From an uncultured Pelagibacteraceae bacterium (GTDB lineage: Bacteria; Pseudomonadota; Alphaproteobacteria; Pelagibacterales; Pelagibacteraceae): DNA of 64,000 nucleotides. Made by a program: the position numbers and the translations under genes. Under the pieces are notes generated by a model. The model made no database searches. It worked only from the letters and a program-made list of their open reading frames with translations, and was not told where the DNA came from. Positions 48,703 to 58,148 of this stretch are shown one piece after another; the first letter of the stretch is position 1, and each line of letters starts with the position of its first letter. Location: positions 817 through 64,816 of the forward strand of contig CACKWM010000005.1 of assembly GCA_902603905.1 (NCBI GenBank), written 5' to 3'.

Positions 48703-49317
48703 ATGAATTTTTTAACCCTTGGTTTTTTTACAGGCTTAAGTCTTATATTGGCTCTTGGAGCTCAAAATGTATTTGTGATTGAGCAAGGCCTAAAAAAACA
48801 ATATGTTTTTTTAGTTTGCTTAATATGTTCAGTATCAGACTTAATTCTAATTTTTTTAGGAATATTTTTATTTGAATATTTTAAAATTTACTTCACAAAA
48901 AATGTTGAATTAATTTTTAATATATTGCTTTTTATCTTCCTAATTTACTTTATTTATAGCAAAGTAAGGTCTTTATATAAAAGATCAGAGATAAACTTTG
49001 AAGGCATTAATTTATCCCTTAAAAATATAATAATTAAAACTCTAGGATTTACATATTTAAACCCACATGTTTATTCAGATACAGTCTTTTTTTTAGGAAA
49101 TTTTTCAAAGAATTTTTTAATTTCTCATAAATATTTTTTTGGAATAGGCGCTGCTATTGCGTCATTTTTATTTTTTTTTTCATTAGGTTATTTGGCTAAA
49201 TTTTTTTCAAGCTATTTAATAGGTTCAAGAGCTTGGAAAATTATAAACTTTTTTATAATTATATTTATGACTGTTTTATTAAGTTACGTATTTTTAGAAA
49301 TTATTAATTTAGTTTGA
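48703..49317 (+). CDS. LysE/ArgO family amino acid exporter
   Basis: SLILALGAQNVFV..QGL, LNPHVY.DT. Confidence 0.88.
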   Translation: MNFLTLGFFTGLSLILALGAQNVFVIEQGLKKQYVFLVCLICSVSDLILIFLGIFLFEYFKIYFTKNVELIFNILLFIFLIYFIYSKVRSLYKRSEINFEGINLSLKNIIIKTLGFTYLNPHVYSDTVFFLGNFSKNFLISHKYFFGIGAAIASFLFFFSLGYLAKFFSSYLIGSRAWKIINFFIIIFMTVLLSYVFLEIINLV

Positions 49318-49364
49318 TAGGGGTGGGGGTATGATCTAATGGTTAGTTTAAAACCCCTATCAAA
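49313..49364. other. GC-rich stem-loop (terminator or sRNA candidate)
   Basis: Perfect 12-bp inverted repeat TTTGATAGGGGT / ACCCCTATCAAA around a 28-nt loop, between convergent genes. Confidence 0.55.
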
Positions 49365-49373
49365 TTCTACTAT

Positions 49374-49580
49374 TTAACTTTCAAAAAGATCCAGAGCTTT
49401 AATAAGTAGTTCTTCAGATTTAGCATGATCACCTTCTTCATGTGCTTTTTTACCAGCATCTCTTAATTCCATAACTTGTTGCATTTTTTCATCTATTTTT
49501 CCAACCAGCTTAAGACAAGATCCAGCAAAAGCAGAACTCGAGAAAAGCACCAATGTAATTGTAATTAATATTTTTTTCAT
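49374..49580 (-). CDS. Small secreted helical protein
   Basis: Signal peptide MKK...SSSAFA, mature part with one Cys and HEEGDH. SD AGAGG. Confidence 0.75.
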   Translation of the reverse strand: MKKILITITLVLFSSSAFAGSCLKLVGKIDEKMQQVMELRDAGKKAHEEGDHAKSEELLIKALDLFES

Positions 49581-49622
49581 ATTTACCTCTTGTTAATAAC
49601 CTTATTATGAATCAAATAATTT

Positions 49623-49667
49623 TGTGATAATTTTTTGTCACACCACAAATGTGTCAACTTGTTACAC
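49623..49667. promoter_or_regulatory. Two imperfect palindromes, candidate transcription factor sites in a divergent promoter region
   Basis: TGTGATAA-N4-TTGTCACA (49623-49642) and GTGTCAAC-TT-GTTACAC (49651-49667). Confidence 0.35.
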
Positions 49668-49754
49668 TTTTTCTATCTTGTTATAATTAGTTACGTGCTT
49701 AGATGAAGTTATAAGATCTAATAATAAAACTATTTATTTAAAAGGATAAAAAAA

Positions 49755-50195
49755 ATGACAAATAAAAACTTATTTAAAATATTAATTTCATTAGCCTTTG
49801 TTTTTCTTGCAAATCAATCATTTGCCGCAGATGAAACAGTTGAAATGCTTAATAAATCTGGAAAAGAGTCAATGGTTTATTCTAAGAAAATTGTCAGGAT
49901 AAATGTCGGAGACACTGTAATATGGAAAGCAACTGACAAAGGACACAATGTTGAATTTATTAAAGGTGGCGTTCCTAAAGGAGTTGAAAAATTTAAATCA
50001 AAATTTAATAAAGATACTGAATATAAGTTTTCTATACCTGGTATTTATGCCTACTGGTGTACCCCTCATAAAAACATGGGAATGATTGGATTTGTGGTCG
50101 TTGGTAATGACAAGTCTAATTTAGAAGAAATTAAAAAAATTAGATTTGCAGCTAAGTCGAAAAAAATAGCTCCTGATTTAATCAATTCACTGTAA
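49755..50195 (+). CDS. Pseudoazurin-like blue copper protein (exported)
   Basis: Signal peptide, VEMLN, GHNV and YWCTPH..MGM type-1 copper ligands. Confidence 0.9.
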   Translation: MTNKNLFKILISLAFVFLANQSFAADETVEMLNKSGKESMVYSKKIVRINVGDTVIWKATDKGHNVEFIKGGVPKGVEKFKSKFNKDTEYKFSIPGIYAYWCTPHKNMGMIGFVVVGNDKSNLEEIKKIRFAAKSKKIAPDLINSL

Positions 50196-50207
50196 ATATT
50201 TTAATAT

Positions 50208-50235
50208 ACTAAGGCTACAAGACTGTAGCCTTGGT
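50208..50235. terminator. Terminator hairpin between convergent pseudoazurin and hpsN
   Basis: AAGGCTACA-AGAC-TGTAGCCTT 9-bp perfect stem, extendable. Confidence 0.7.
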
Positions 50236-50241
50236 TTAACA

Positions 50242-51528
50242 TTAATTTTTAAAACCGTATTTTTTAAGCCTAATATCTCCAGTTCTTGCATGCGCTTCCA
50301 TACCTTCATATCTTGAAAGTCTTGCTGCAGCTGCTCCAACTAATTCAGTAGACTCTTTTGTCATTCTTTGAAAACTTAATGTTTTAATGAATTTACCTAC
50401 AAAAAGACCACCTGTATATCTTCCAGCACCTTTGGTTGGAAGTATATGGTTTGTTCCAGAGCATTTATCTCCATATGCAACAGTTGTTTCCTCGCCAAGA
50501 AAAAGAGATCCATAATTTTTTAATTTTTTTAACCACCAATCTAAATTTTCTGTTTGTACTTCTAAATGCTCAGGTGCGTACTGATCACTGATTTTTACCA
50601 TTTCTTCATTATTGTCACATAAAACAACTTCACCGTAATCCCTCCAAGCAGCTTCAGCGTTTGATCTTGGAAATTCTGGAAGATCTTGAATAAGTTCAGG
50701 AACTCTTTTCATCACTGCATCTGCTAAATTTTTGTCAGTTGTAAATAACCACGCAGGTGAGTTGTAACCATGCTCTGCTTGACCAACTAAATCGTAAGCA
50801 ACAATTTCTGGATCAGCATTCTTATCAGCTATTATTGCTATTTCAGTGGGGCCGGCAAACAAATCAATACCAACTTTTCCGAATAATATTCTTTTTGCTT
50901 CTGCTACAAATTGATTACCTGGTCCAACTAGAATATCAGCAGGTGCATTGTTAAAAAAGCCAAATGCCATAGCAGCTATTGCTTGTACGCCACCTAAATT
51001 TAATATGACATCAGCACCGCAAAGATCAGCTGTATAAATGATTTTTGGATGAGCTCCAATATTTGGTTTTGGTGAACTGCAGCAAATAATATTTTTTACT
51101 CCTGCGACTTTTGCTGTTGTTATGCTCATTACAGCAGAAGCTATGTGAGCATATCTTCCAGCTGGCACATAACACCCAGCAGTATTTATGGGAACTAATG
51201 TTTGACCAGCAAACAAACCTTTTGAGAGCTCTACCTCAAAATTTTGCCCATAATTTTTTAGTTGTGCTTCAGCAAACTTTCTTACTCTGTCGTAAGAAAA
51301 TTGAATGTCATCTTTTGTTTTTTGATCAATACTTTTTTTTACTTCTTCTATTTTTTTTTTTGAAACAATTATTTCACCCTCGTATTTATCAAATTTCTTT
51401 GTTAATTCTTTACAACCTTCTTCTTTAGTTTTTTCTAATTCAGTTAAAAGATTTTGAACAATTTCTTGTGTTTTTGTTTCATCACTTGAAGATGTTTTTT
51501 TAGCTTTTTTTAAGTATTGAATAGACAT
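50242..51528 (-). CDS. hpsN: HisD-family dehydrogenase, sulfopropanediol (DHPS) 3-dehydrogenase type
   Basis: GRYAHIASA.M, GIDLFAGPTE, DLVGQAEHG.NS, YGDKCSGTNH. These match the HpsN-type branch rather than the canonical HisD (SQAEH, GDY) motifs. Sulfonate gene context. Confidence 0.8.
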   Translation of the reverse strand: MSIQYLKKAKKTSSSDETKTQEIVQNLLTELEKTKEEGCKELTKKFDKYEGEIIVSKKKIEEVKKSIDQKTKDDIQFSYDRVRKFAEAQLKNYGQNFEVELSKGLFAGQTLVPINTAGCYVPAGRYAHIASAVMSITTAKVAGVKNIICCSSPKPNIGAHPKIIYTADLCGADVILNLGGVQAIAAMAFGFFNNAPADILVGPGNQFVAEAKRILFGKVGIDLFAGPTEIAIIADKNADPEIVAYDLVGQAEHGYNSPAWLFTTDKNLADAVMKRVPELIQDLPEFPRSNAEAAWRDYGEVVLCDNNEEMVKISDQYAPEHLEVQTENLDWWLKKLKNYGSLFLGEETTVAYGDKCSGTNHILPTKGAGRYTGGLFVGKFIKTLSFQRMTKESTELVGAAAARLSRYEGMEAHARTGDIRLKKYGFKN

Positions 51529-51559
51529 TTTATTAAATTTTACCCTTCTATTAAATTAT

Positions 51560-52471
51560 TTAATCTAATGCAACAACAGCAGCAGCCATAGATGCTAATC
51601 TTGCTACAGCTTCATCTGATCTGCTTGTAATTACAACTGGAACTTTTCCACCAATAACTACACCGGCTGCACATGCTCCCATAAAGTAGATCATCATTTT
51701 AACCAAACCATTACCTGCTTCAATATTAGGAACCAGCAATATATCTGCTTGTCCCGCAACAATATTTTTAATTCCTTTAATTGCTGCAGATTTTTTAGAA
51801 ATACTATTATCAAATGCCAAAGGACCAAATACATCAGCATTTAGATTTTCTTTTTTTGCCAATTCAGTAATTTCTTTTGCATCTAAGGAACTTTGCATGC
51901 TATCTAAAACTTCCTCAGTAGCAGACAATACAGCAACTTTTGGCCTTTCAATTCCAATTCTATTAGAAAAATTAATCACATTTTTTAGGATATGCATTTT
52001 TGTTTTTACACTTGGTGTAACATTTAGAGCGCCATCTGTAATAATTAATGGTTTATCTTGTTTTTCTAAAGTCATATGCCAGATATGACTTAATCTTGTT
52101 TTGCCAATAAGATTATACTCTTTTTTTATAACTTCCTTCATCAAGACATCTGTATGAATATGACCTTTTACAATTATTTTTATTTTACCTTTTGAGGCAA
52201 GTTTAGCCGCAGCTTTTGCTGTGCTATTTTCATCAGGTTCGTGAACGATCTCATATTTTGAAATATCAAATTTAAGATTATCAGCACACTTTTGTATTTC
52301 ATCCTTATTCCCAATAAAAATTGGAACAATTAAGTTTTCATTTACTGCATCCATAACAGATAACATTGGCAAAGGTTTACCAGCATTAACTATGCCAGCG
52401 GTTACACCCTTTTTATTATGAGCGACATCCAAGAGATTATTAGGACAAACTATTTCTTTAGCTGAAATCAT
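51560..52471 (-). CDS. pta: Phosphate acetyl/butyryltransferase
   Basis: VKGHIHT, RLSH, ITDGA.N, GPLAFDN, EAGN, TSRSD. Confidence 0.82.
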   Translation of the reverse strand: MISAKEIVCPNNLLDVAHNKKGVTAGIVNAGKPLPMLSVMDAVNENLIVPIFIGNKDEIQKCADNLKFDISKYEIVHEPDENSTAKAAAKLASKGKIKIIVKGHIHTDVLMKEVIKKEYNLIGKTRLSHIWHMTLEKQDKPLIITDGALNVTPSVKTKMHILKNVINFSNRIGIERPKVAVLSATEEVLDSMQSSLDAKEITELAKKENLNADVFGPLAFDNSISKKSAAIKGIKNIVAGQADILLVPNIEAGNGLVKMMIYFMGACAAGVVIGGKVPVVITSRSDEAVARLASMAAAVVALD

Positions 52472-53467
52472 TTAATTATTCCAAAATGGACATTCACTTT
52501 TAGCAAATAGATTTTTTTTTAGGTTGTCTGATAATTTTAATGTAGTAATTGACATACCAGCCATTTCCATTGAAGTTGCATATCTTCCAACAAATGTTTT
52601 AACATTATTTATTTTTGAATTAGATAAATTTTCGTTTACTCTTTTTGATATAATATATAATTCTTCTAAAGGTGTAGCTCCCAAACTGTTTATCATTATG
52701 GCAATATTGTCATTATTTTTTAATTTTGAATCATTCATAATTCTTTTATAAAGATCATCAACCAATTCATTCGCAGGCCTTAATTTCTCTCTTTTTATGC
52801 CCGGTTCACCATGTATTCCCATTCCAATTTCTATTTCATCATCATTAATTTCAAAAGTAGGTTTACCAGCTTCTGGCAATATACAAGGAGATAAAGCAAC
52901 TCCTAGCGTTCTAATATTATCGTTAGCTTCAGTTGTGGTTTTAAACACATCATCTAAAGATGCACCAGTTTCAGCACAAGCACCTGCAATTTTAAAAACA
53001 AAAATCATACCAGCTATTCCTCTACGTTTTGATTTTTCAGATTCACTTGCACTTGCTATATCATCTGCAACAATTACTTTTTTGGTTTTAATACCTTCAA
53101 CTTCAACCATTTCGCATGCCATTTCAAAGTTCATTACATCTCCACCATAATTACCAATGATACATAAAACGCCATTACCATTATCTGCATTTTTAATTGC
53201 AGAAACCATTTGTTCAACTGAAGGTGAAGCAAACACAGAACCAATTGCACATGCATCTAAAAATCCTTTTCCAACATATCCAGTAAAAACTGGCAGATGA
53301 CCCGATCCACCTCCAGTTACTATTCCAACTTTTTTAGATGATTTGTTAGCTCTTGTAACCACTCTACTGTTATCTTTAGCTAAAGCATAAACATTAGGAT
53401 GAGATTTTATTAGTCCATCAATAGATTCTTCTACAAAATTACTTGGATTGTTGATTATTTTTTTCAT
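52472..53467 (-). CDS. dhaK: Dihydroxyacetone kinase family, DhaK subunit
   Basis: GGGSGHLP, F.SP, NYGGD.MNF, RRG.AG, GMGIHGEPG, LGATP. Confidence 0.85.
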   Translation of the reverse strand: MKKIINNPSNFVEESIDGLIKSHPNVYALAKDNSRVVTRANKSSKKVGIVTGGGSGHLPVFTGYVGKGFLDACAIGSVFASPSVEQMVSAIKNADNGNGVLCIIGNYGGDVMNFEMACEMVEVEGIKTKKVIVADDIASASESEKSKRRGIAGMIFVFKIAGACAETGASLDDVFKTTTEANDNIRTLGVALSPCILPEAGKPTFEINDDEIEIGMGIHGEPGIKREKLRPANELVDDLYKRIMNDSKLKNNDNIAIMINSLGATPLEELYIISKRVNENLSNSKINNVKTFVGRYATSMEMAGMSITTLKLSDNLKKNLFAKSECPFWNN

Positions 53468-53510
53468 AACTATTTTTATATTTTAGTTTTAAAATATATA
53501 TACTAATAAA

Positions 53511-54653
53511 ATGATAAAACCATTTAAAGTAGATATATCAGAAGAAAATCTACAAAATATATATTCTAAAGTGAAAAACTATCAGTGGCATGAGATGCCA
53601 GACGATGGTGGTTGGAATTATGGAACAAACCTAGATTACATGAAGGATTTTTCAAAATATTGGGTCGAAAAATTTGACTGGAGAAAAGTAGAAGAAAAAA
53701 TAAATAAATTTAAAAATTTTAAATCAAATATTAATGGTATTGATATTCATTTCATTCACGAGAAAGGAAGCGGATCAAACCCAAAACCATTATTACTAAG
53801 TCACGGATGGCCAGGTTCTATAGTGGAATTTTTAAATATAATAGATCAACTTGCACATCCTGAAAAATTTGGAGGAAAAGAAGAAGATGCCTTTAATGTT
53901 ATCGTGCCATCTTTGCCTGGGTTTGGATTTTCAGGCAGACCTTTAAAACCAATAGGCCCAAGAAAAATGGCCTCAATATTTAATTCTTTAATGACAGATG
54001 TTCTTGGATATAAAAAATATATTGCTCAAGGAGGTGACTTTGGAGGAACAATATGTACATGGCTTGCATATGATTCTCCAAAATCATTAACAGGGATACA
54101 TATTAATATTTTAATTACTCGGCATCCTGATGGTCCGCAAACAGATGAAGAAAAAGAATGGCAAGAAAGATTTAAAAAAGAACAAAGAATAGAAGATGGT
54201 TATCGAACACAACAAGCTACAAAACCTCAAACATTAAGTTATGCAATGATGGATAGTCCAGTAGGTGTTGCTGCATGGATAATTGAAAAAATGCGCGGTT
54301 GGTCAGACATTAAAAATGGTGACATTGAAAGTGTATATTCAAAAGATATTTTATTATCTAACATCATGATTTATTTAGTAACTAAAACTTTTAATACAGC
54401 TTCGTGGATTTATTATGGAAGACGAGAAGAGGGTGGAAGATCACTTCCTAAAGCAGACTTACCTTTAAAAGTTCCAACAGCAGTTGCTTTGTTTCCAAAA
54501 GAATATTTGGAATGGGCACCACGATCTTATGTTGAAAGAATTTATAATATTCACCGTTGGACTAAAATGCCAAAAGGTGGACATTTTGCAGCTCTAGAGC
54601 AACCAGATTTGTTGGTTAAAGATATAAGAGAATTTTCAAAAAGCTTCACTTAA
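53511..54653 (+). CDS. Epoxide hydrolase (microsomal/EHN type)
   Basis: N-terminal EHN domain (PF...FDWR), HGWPGS, SLPGFGFS, QGGDFG nucleophile Asp, GGHFAALEQP. Confidence 0.9.
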   Translation: MIKPFKVDISEENLQNIYSKVKNYQWHEMPDDGGWNYGTNLDYMKDFSKYWVEKFDWRKVEEKINKFKNFKSNINGIDIHFIHEKGSGSNPKPLLLSHGWPGSIVEFLNIIDQLAHPEKFGGKEEDAFNVIVPSLPGFGFSGRPLKPIGPRKMASIFNSLMTDVLGYKKYIAQGGDFGGTICTWLAYDSPKSLTGIHINILITRHPDGPQTDEEKEWQERFKKEQRIEDGYRTQQATKPQTLSYAMMDSPVGVAAWIIEKMRGWSDIKNGDIESVYSKDILLSNIMIYLVTKTFNTASWIYYGRREEGGRSLPKADLPLKVPTAVALFPKEYLEWAPRSYVERIYNIHRWTKMPKGGHFAALEQPDLLVKDIREFSKSFT

Positions 54654-55223
54654 TTTATTTAAAACAAACATACCAGGGTCATCTAAATCCTTAGTTTTAT
54701 CTTCAAACATTCTAGCTCTTCCAATAAGTATTTTTTTTCCTTTAAAGTCTCCTAAAGCTTGCTTTGTAGCTGATTTAATTGCTTCTGGGTAATTTGTATT
54801 ATCTTTGAGTTTTTTTATTATTAAATCTAAACTATCAGCAATAGTTTTATCGCCTAATTTAGCTTTACCTCGTTCAAGGATTGTTTTTAAAGCTGTTTCA
54901 AAAATATTTATAATATCTTCGTGATTATATTCAGTTTTTCCTTTTGAACTTTTAGAAATATTCATAAAAGAAAATGCGATTAATGTTCCGAAACTTGAAC
55001 CTGATTTTTTAACAAAAGCTTGAGAGCACAACATAAAATTTGCACCCATGTCATCATTAAATTTATTTATATTTTTATTAATTTCTTCAAAACCATTTAA
55101 AATAGTAATACCAAGATCTCCATCACCAATTTTTCCATCAGCTGCATTAAATTCATCGTGCGATTTTTTCGCCTTTTCATATAATTTTTGAAAAATATTT
55201 ATTAAAATTTCTTTGTTAAGCAT
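54636..55223 (-). CDS. dhaL: Dihydroxyacetone kinase family, DhaL subunit
   Basis: DG.IGDGDLG, GSSFGTL, RG.A.LGDKT..D, GRA, DPG. Confidence 0.85.
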   Translation of the reverse strand: MLNKEILINIFQKLYEKAKKSHDEFNAADGKIGDGDLGITILNGFEEINKNINKFNDDMGANFMLCSQAFVKKSGSSFGTLIAFSFMNISKSSKGKTEYNHEDIINIFETALKTILERGKAKLGDKTIADSLDLIIKKLKDNTNYPEAIKSATKQALGDFKGKKILIGRARMFEDKTKDLDDPGMFVLNKLSEAF

Positions 55224-56220
55224 CTAATTTCTTTAAATCTTCTAATATGTTTCTAGGTATGTTAATTTCTTTTTTAAGATTTTTTTTGTATCTTTTAAAT
55301 TTCTTTTGTCCTGGGTATAGAATTTCTTTAACACCTTTAATTTTTGGTAATCTTTTTATAGTTTTTATATTTTTTTTTACTCTTTGATTGTAATTGCCAA
55401 CAAAAAGATTTGGTTTAATTACAATAAATAAATGTCCAATATTTTGAGGCCCACTAAAATCATCAAAAGGATCTTTAACTTTCCCAGCATGGTTTCCTCC
55501 AGTAAAAACTCCACTTAAAATATCTACCATCCATGCAAGTCCTGATCCTCTAAATCCACCAATAGGCAACTGAACTCCTTCTAAAGCTTTTTTTGCATTT
55601 GTTGTTGGTTTCCCAAATTTATCTAAAGCAACACCTCTTGGAATTTTATTACCTAATTTTGCTGCCATTCTAATTTTTCCTCTATTAATAATTGAAACTG
55701 ATGTATCTAAAATAAAAGGTATTTTTGATGAAGTAGGAGTTCCAAAACAAATTGGATTGGTACCAAACAAACTTTTCCTAGCACCATAAGGAGCTATTGC
55801 AGGAGGTGCATTAGTAAAACAAAAAACAATTAAGTTTTTTTTTACGGCCTGTTCAGCGTAATAGCCTGATAAACCATAATGGCCACTATTTTTAATTCCA
55901 ACCAAACCTATTCCAGTTTTTTTCGCATTTTTTATTGCTTGTTTTACCCCGATATCTGCTGCAACAAAGCCAATAGAATTATTTGCATCTATATGCGAAA
56001 TTGATTGAGAAATTTTTTTAATTTTTATTTTAGGTTTTGGATTAATTGCTTTTTTTTTTATTCTATCACAATACATTTTCAATCTAGAAAGACCATGAGA
56101 AGGAGCATCAACTAATTCAGCATTAATTAATGCGTTAGCACAAATTAAAGCATGTGAACTAATTAAATTATGGTTTTTGAATATTTTAATAATTTTTTTT
56201 TTTAAAATACTTTGTTTCAC
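55216..56220 (-). CDS. Ldh_2 family oxidoreductase (malate/L-lactate/sulfolactate dehydrogenase, ComC-like)
   Basis: SHGL.R, S.HYG, GTNP, LD, GG..GSGL, PG. GTG at 56220, just after the tauC stop, preferred over the ORF-track start at 56322. Confidence 0.82.
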   Translation of the reverse strand: MKQSILKKKIIKIFKNHNLISSHALICANALINAELVDAPSHGLSRLKMYCDRIKKKAINPKPKIKIKKISQSISHIDANNSIGFVAADIGVKQAIKNAKKTGIGLVGIKNSGHYGLSGYYAEQAVKKNLIVFCFTNAPPAIAPYGARKSLFGTNPICFGTPTSSKIPFILDTSVSIINRGKIRMAAKLGNKIPRGVALDKFGKPTTNAKKALEGVQLPIGGFRGSGLAWMVDILSGVFTGGNHAGKVKDPFDDFSGPQNIGHLFIVIKPNLFVGNYNQRVKKNIKTIKRLPKIKGVKEILYPGQKKFKRYKKNLKKEINIPRNILEDLKKLDA

Positions 56221-56222
56221 TT

Positions 56223-58148
56223 CTAACCTTTGCCACGCCAAGGAATAGTTTTGTCTATTATCTTTCTTAAAGTAACGTCGAATAAAAGTCCTAGCATACC
56301 CATAATAAATATGGTTATCCAAATAACTTCATATTGAAAATATTTTTTTGCAACATTTTCAACAAATCCAATACCAGTTGTACCAGCTAAAAATTCTGCT
56401 GCCACAAGAGTTCCCCAGCACATTCCAACAGCAACTCTTATTCCAGTTAGGATCTCAGGTAAAGAATTAGGAAAGATTACATATCTTAAGATTTGTTTAT
56501 TTGAAGCACCCAAAGAATGAGCTGCATGAATTTTTGATAGTTGAGTACCTGATGCCCCAGCTCTTGCCGAGATAATCATTATTGATAAGGATACCATAAA
56601 TAATAAGAATACTTTTCCAGTATTATCAATTCCTAAAACTGAAATAATTAAAGGAGCCCACGCTAGAGGAGGTACAGGTCTATAAAGTTCAATTAAAGGG
56701 TCAAAGAAACCTTTCGCAAATCTATTTAAACCCATAAATAATCCCAATGGAACTCCAATTAAAATTCCAAAAACTAGTCCTAAAAATACTCTTAAAAATG
56801 AATCCCAAATATGTCCATAAGGAACTGGAATCTTAAATAATTTAAAGTCACCTGTTACAACTTTAAGAACCTTTCCTTTAAAATTTTGTTTAACAACACC
56901 TTCATTAGTATGTATAGGATATTCCCCAGGTAGAATGTCAGCTATCCAATCAGGTAAAATAAATCCAATTATTTTACTTACATCCATCATATCAATCCAA
57001 AGTAGGGGAATATTTTTGTAACCAACACTAGGTTTTGACATTAATATAAATTTATTTAATGTATCAGACGGTTTTGGTAACCATCTTCCAGAACCTTGTT
57101 CAGAGCAACTAGGTCCGCTTGCAACGATTGTTCCTGCGGGAAATAAAAATATATCTACTAATCTTAGGCCACCTTGCTCAGATTTTTGAAGATTATCAAA
57201 TTCAATGATTGCACTTTGCATCTCTTTAAGAGCATTTGGTGGGTAGATGCTACCATACTCAATTCTTCTTGCAATTTTAACAATATCTTTTGCATAAGTT
57301 GATGCTATTTCTTCTGAATCATCTAAGTTTTTTCTGTATGTTTTTATTTCTTCTTTTATTTCTTTAATTGAATTTTTGAATTGTGAATTATGATTTCTTA
57401 ACTTAAAAAATTTATCATTAATTACACTAAGTTCTTCTGCAGCTGCATGAAATTTTAAACCTTTATCAGTAGCAGGCACCAATGGAACTTCTAAAGTATT
57501 TTCTATGGATCCAGTTCCTGCTTGCACTTTTATAATACCCCACTTACCTTGTTCTGATAAAGCTTTTTGCCGTTCATTTTTTTCCGCTTCGGTTTCAAAT
57601 GGGTATTCTTTCTTTTTAAAATTTGAGCTTAATAATTTTAACTCGTCAGTCATTTCTTTAATTTTAATTTTTGTATCCATTTCCATTAAATTATCGTTTG
57701 TTAGCAGAGGAATTAACTGAGTGGTTTTATTAATAAATCCAACTAAAGTTGTTTTTTGTTGAATATTTAAATCTTGGGAATTTTGAATTTCGACAGTGAT
57801 TTTATTAAGGTTTTTATTTTCGATTTTTATTATTGAGGTACTTTTAAATTCTCTTTCTTCGATTGGAAACTGATATTTTAATCCTAATAAAGAATCATTT
57901 ACTTTGGCAACCTGACACAATTCATTAGCTGATTTAGGATAAAATCCCTTAGCAATATCCCAAGAGTAATATAGCCAAACTAGTAAGAGTGCACTACTCC
58001 CAACAATTACCCAGTGTGTACCTCCCTTAGCTCTTTCTGGGTTACCAAAAACTGCATCAACTTTTTCTGTTTTTATTAATCTTCTACCGTAAAGAATACA
58101 TCCAACAATTGATACAAGGATTAATATTGTTATGATTTGGGTAAACAT
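56223..58148 (-). CDS. tauC: Taurine/sulfonate ABC permease with a long N-terminal extension
   Basis: C-terminal RPVPPLA, AAHSLGA, W.TLVAAE, PWRGK TauC core. About 440-aa N-terminal extension. Confidence 0.78.
   Translation of the reverse strand: MFTQIITILILVSIVGCILYGRRLIKTEKVDAVFGNPERAKGGTHWVIVGSSALLLVWLYYSWDIAKGFYPKSANELCQVAKVNDSLLGLKYQFPIEEREFKSTSIIKIENKNLNKITVEIQNSQDLNIQQKTTLVGFINKTTQLIPLLTNDNLMEMDTKIKIKEMTDELKLLSSNFKKKEYPFETEAEKNERQKALSEQGKWGIIKVQAGTGSIENTLEVPLVPATDKGLKFHAAAEELSVINDKFFKLRNHNSQFKNSIKEIKEEIKTYRKNLDDSEEIASTYAKDIVKIARRIEYGSIYPPNALKEMQSAIIEFDNLQKSEQGGLRLVDIFLFPAGTIVASGPSCSEQGSGRWLPKPSDTLNKFILMSKPSVGYKNIPLLWIDMMDVSKIIGFILPDWIADILPGEYPIHTNEGVVKQNFKGKVLKVVTGDFKLFKIPVPYGHIWDSFLRVFLGLVFGILIGVPLGLFMGLNRFAKGFFDPLIELYRPVPPLAWAPLIISVLGIDNTGKVFLLFMVSLSIMIISARAGASGTQLSKIHAAHSLGASNKQILRYVIFPNSLPEILTGIRVAVGMCWGTLVAAEFLAGTTGIGFVENVAKKYFQYEVIWITIFIMGMLGLLFDVTLRKIIDKTIPWRGKG

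Noticed and set aside
56221-56322. N-terminal extension of the Ldh_2 ORF overlapping tauC
   Set aside because: Likely an over-extended call. A GTG at 56220, just past the tauC stop, gives a normal-length protein.
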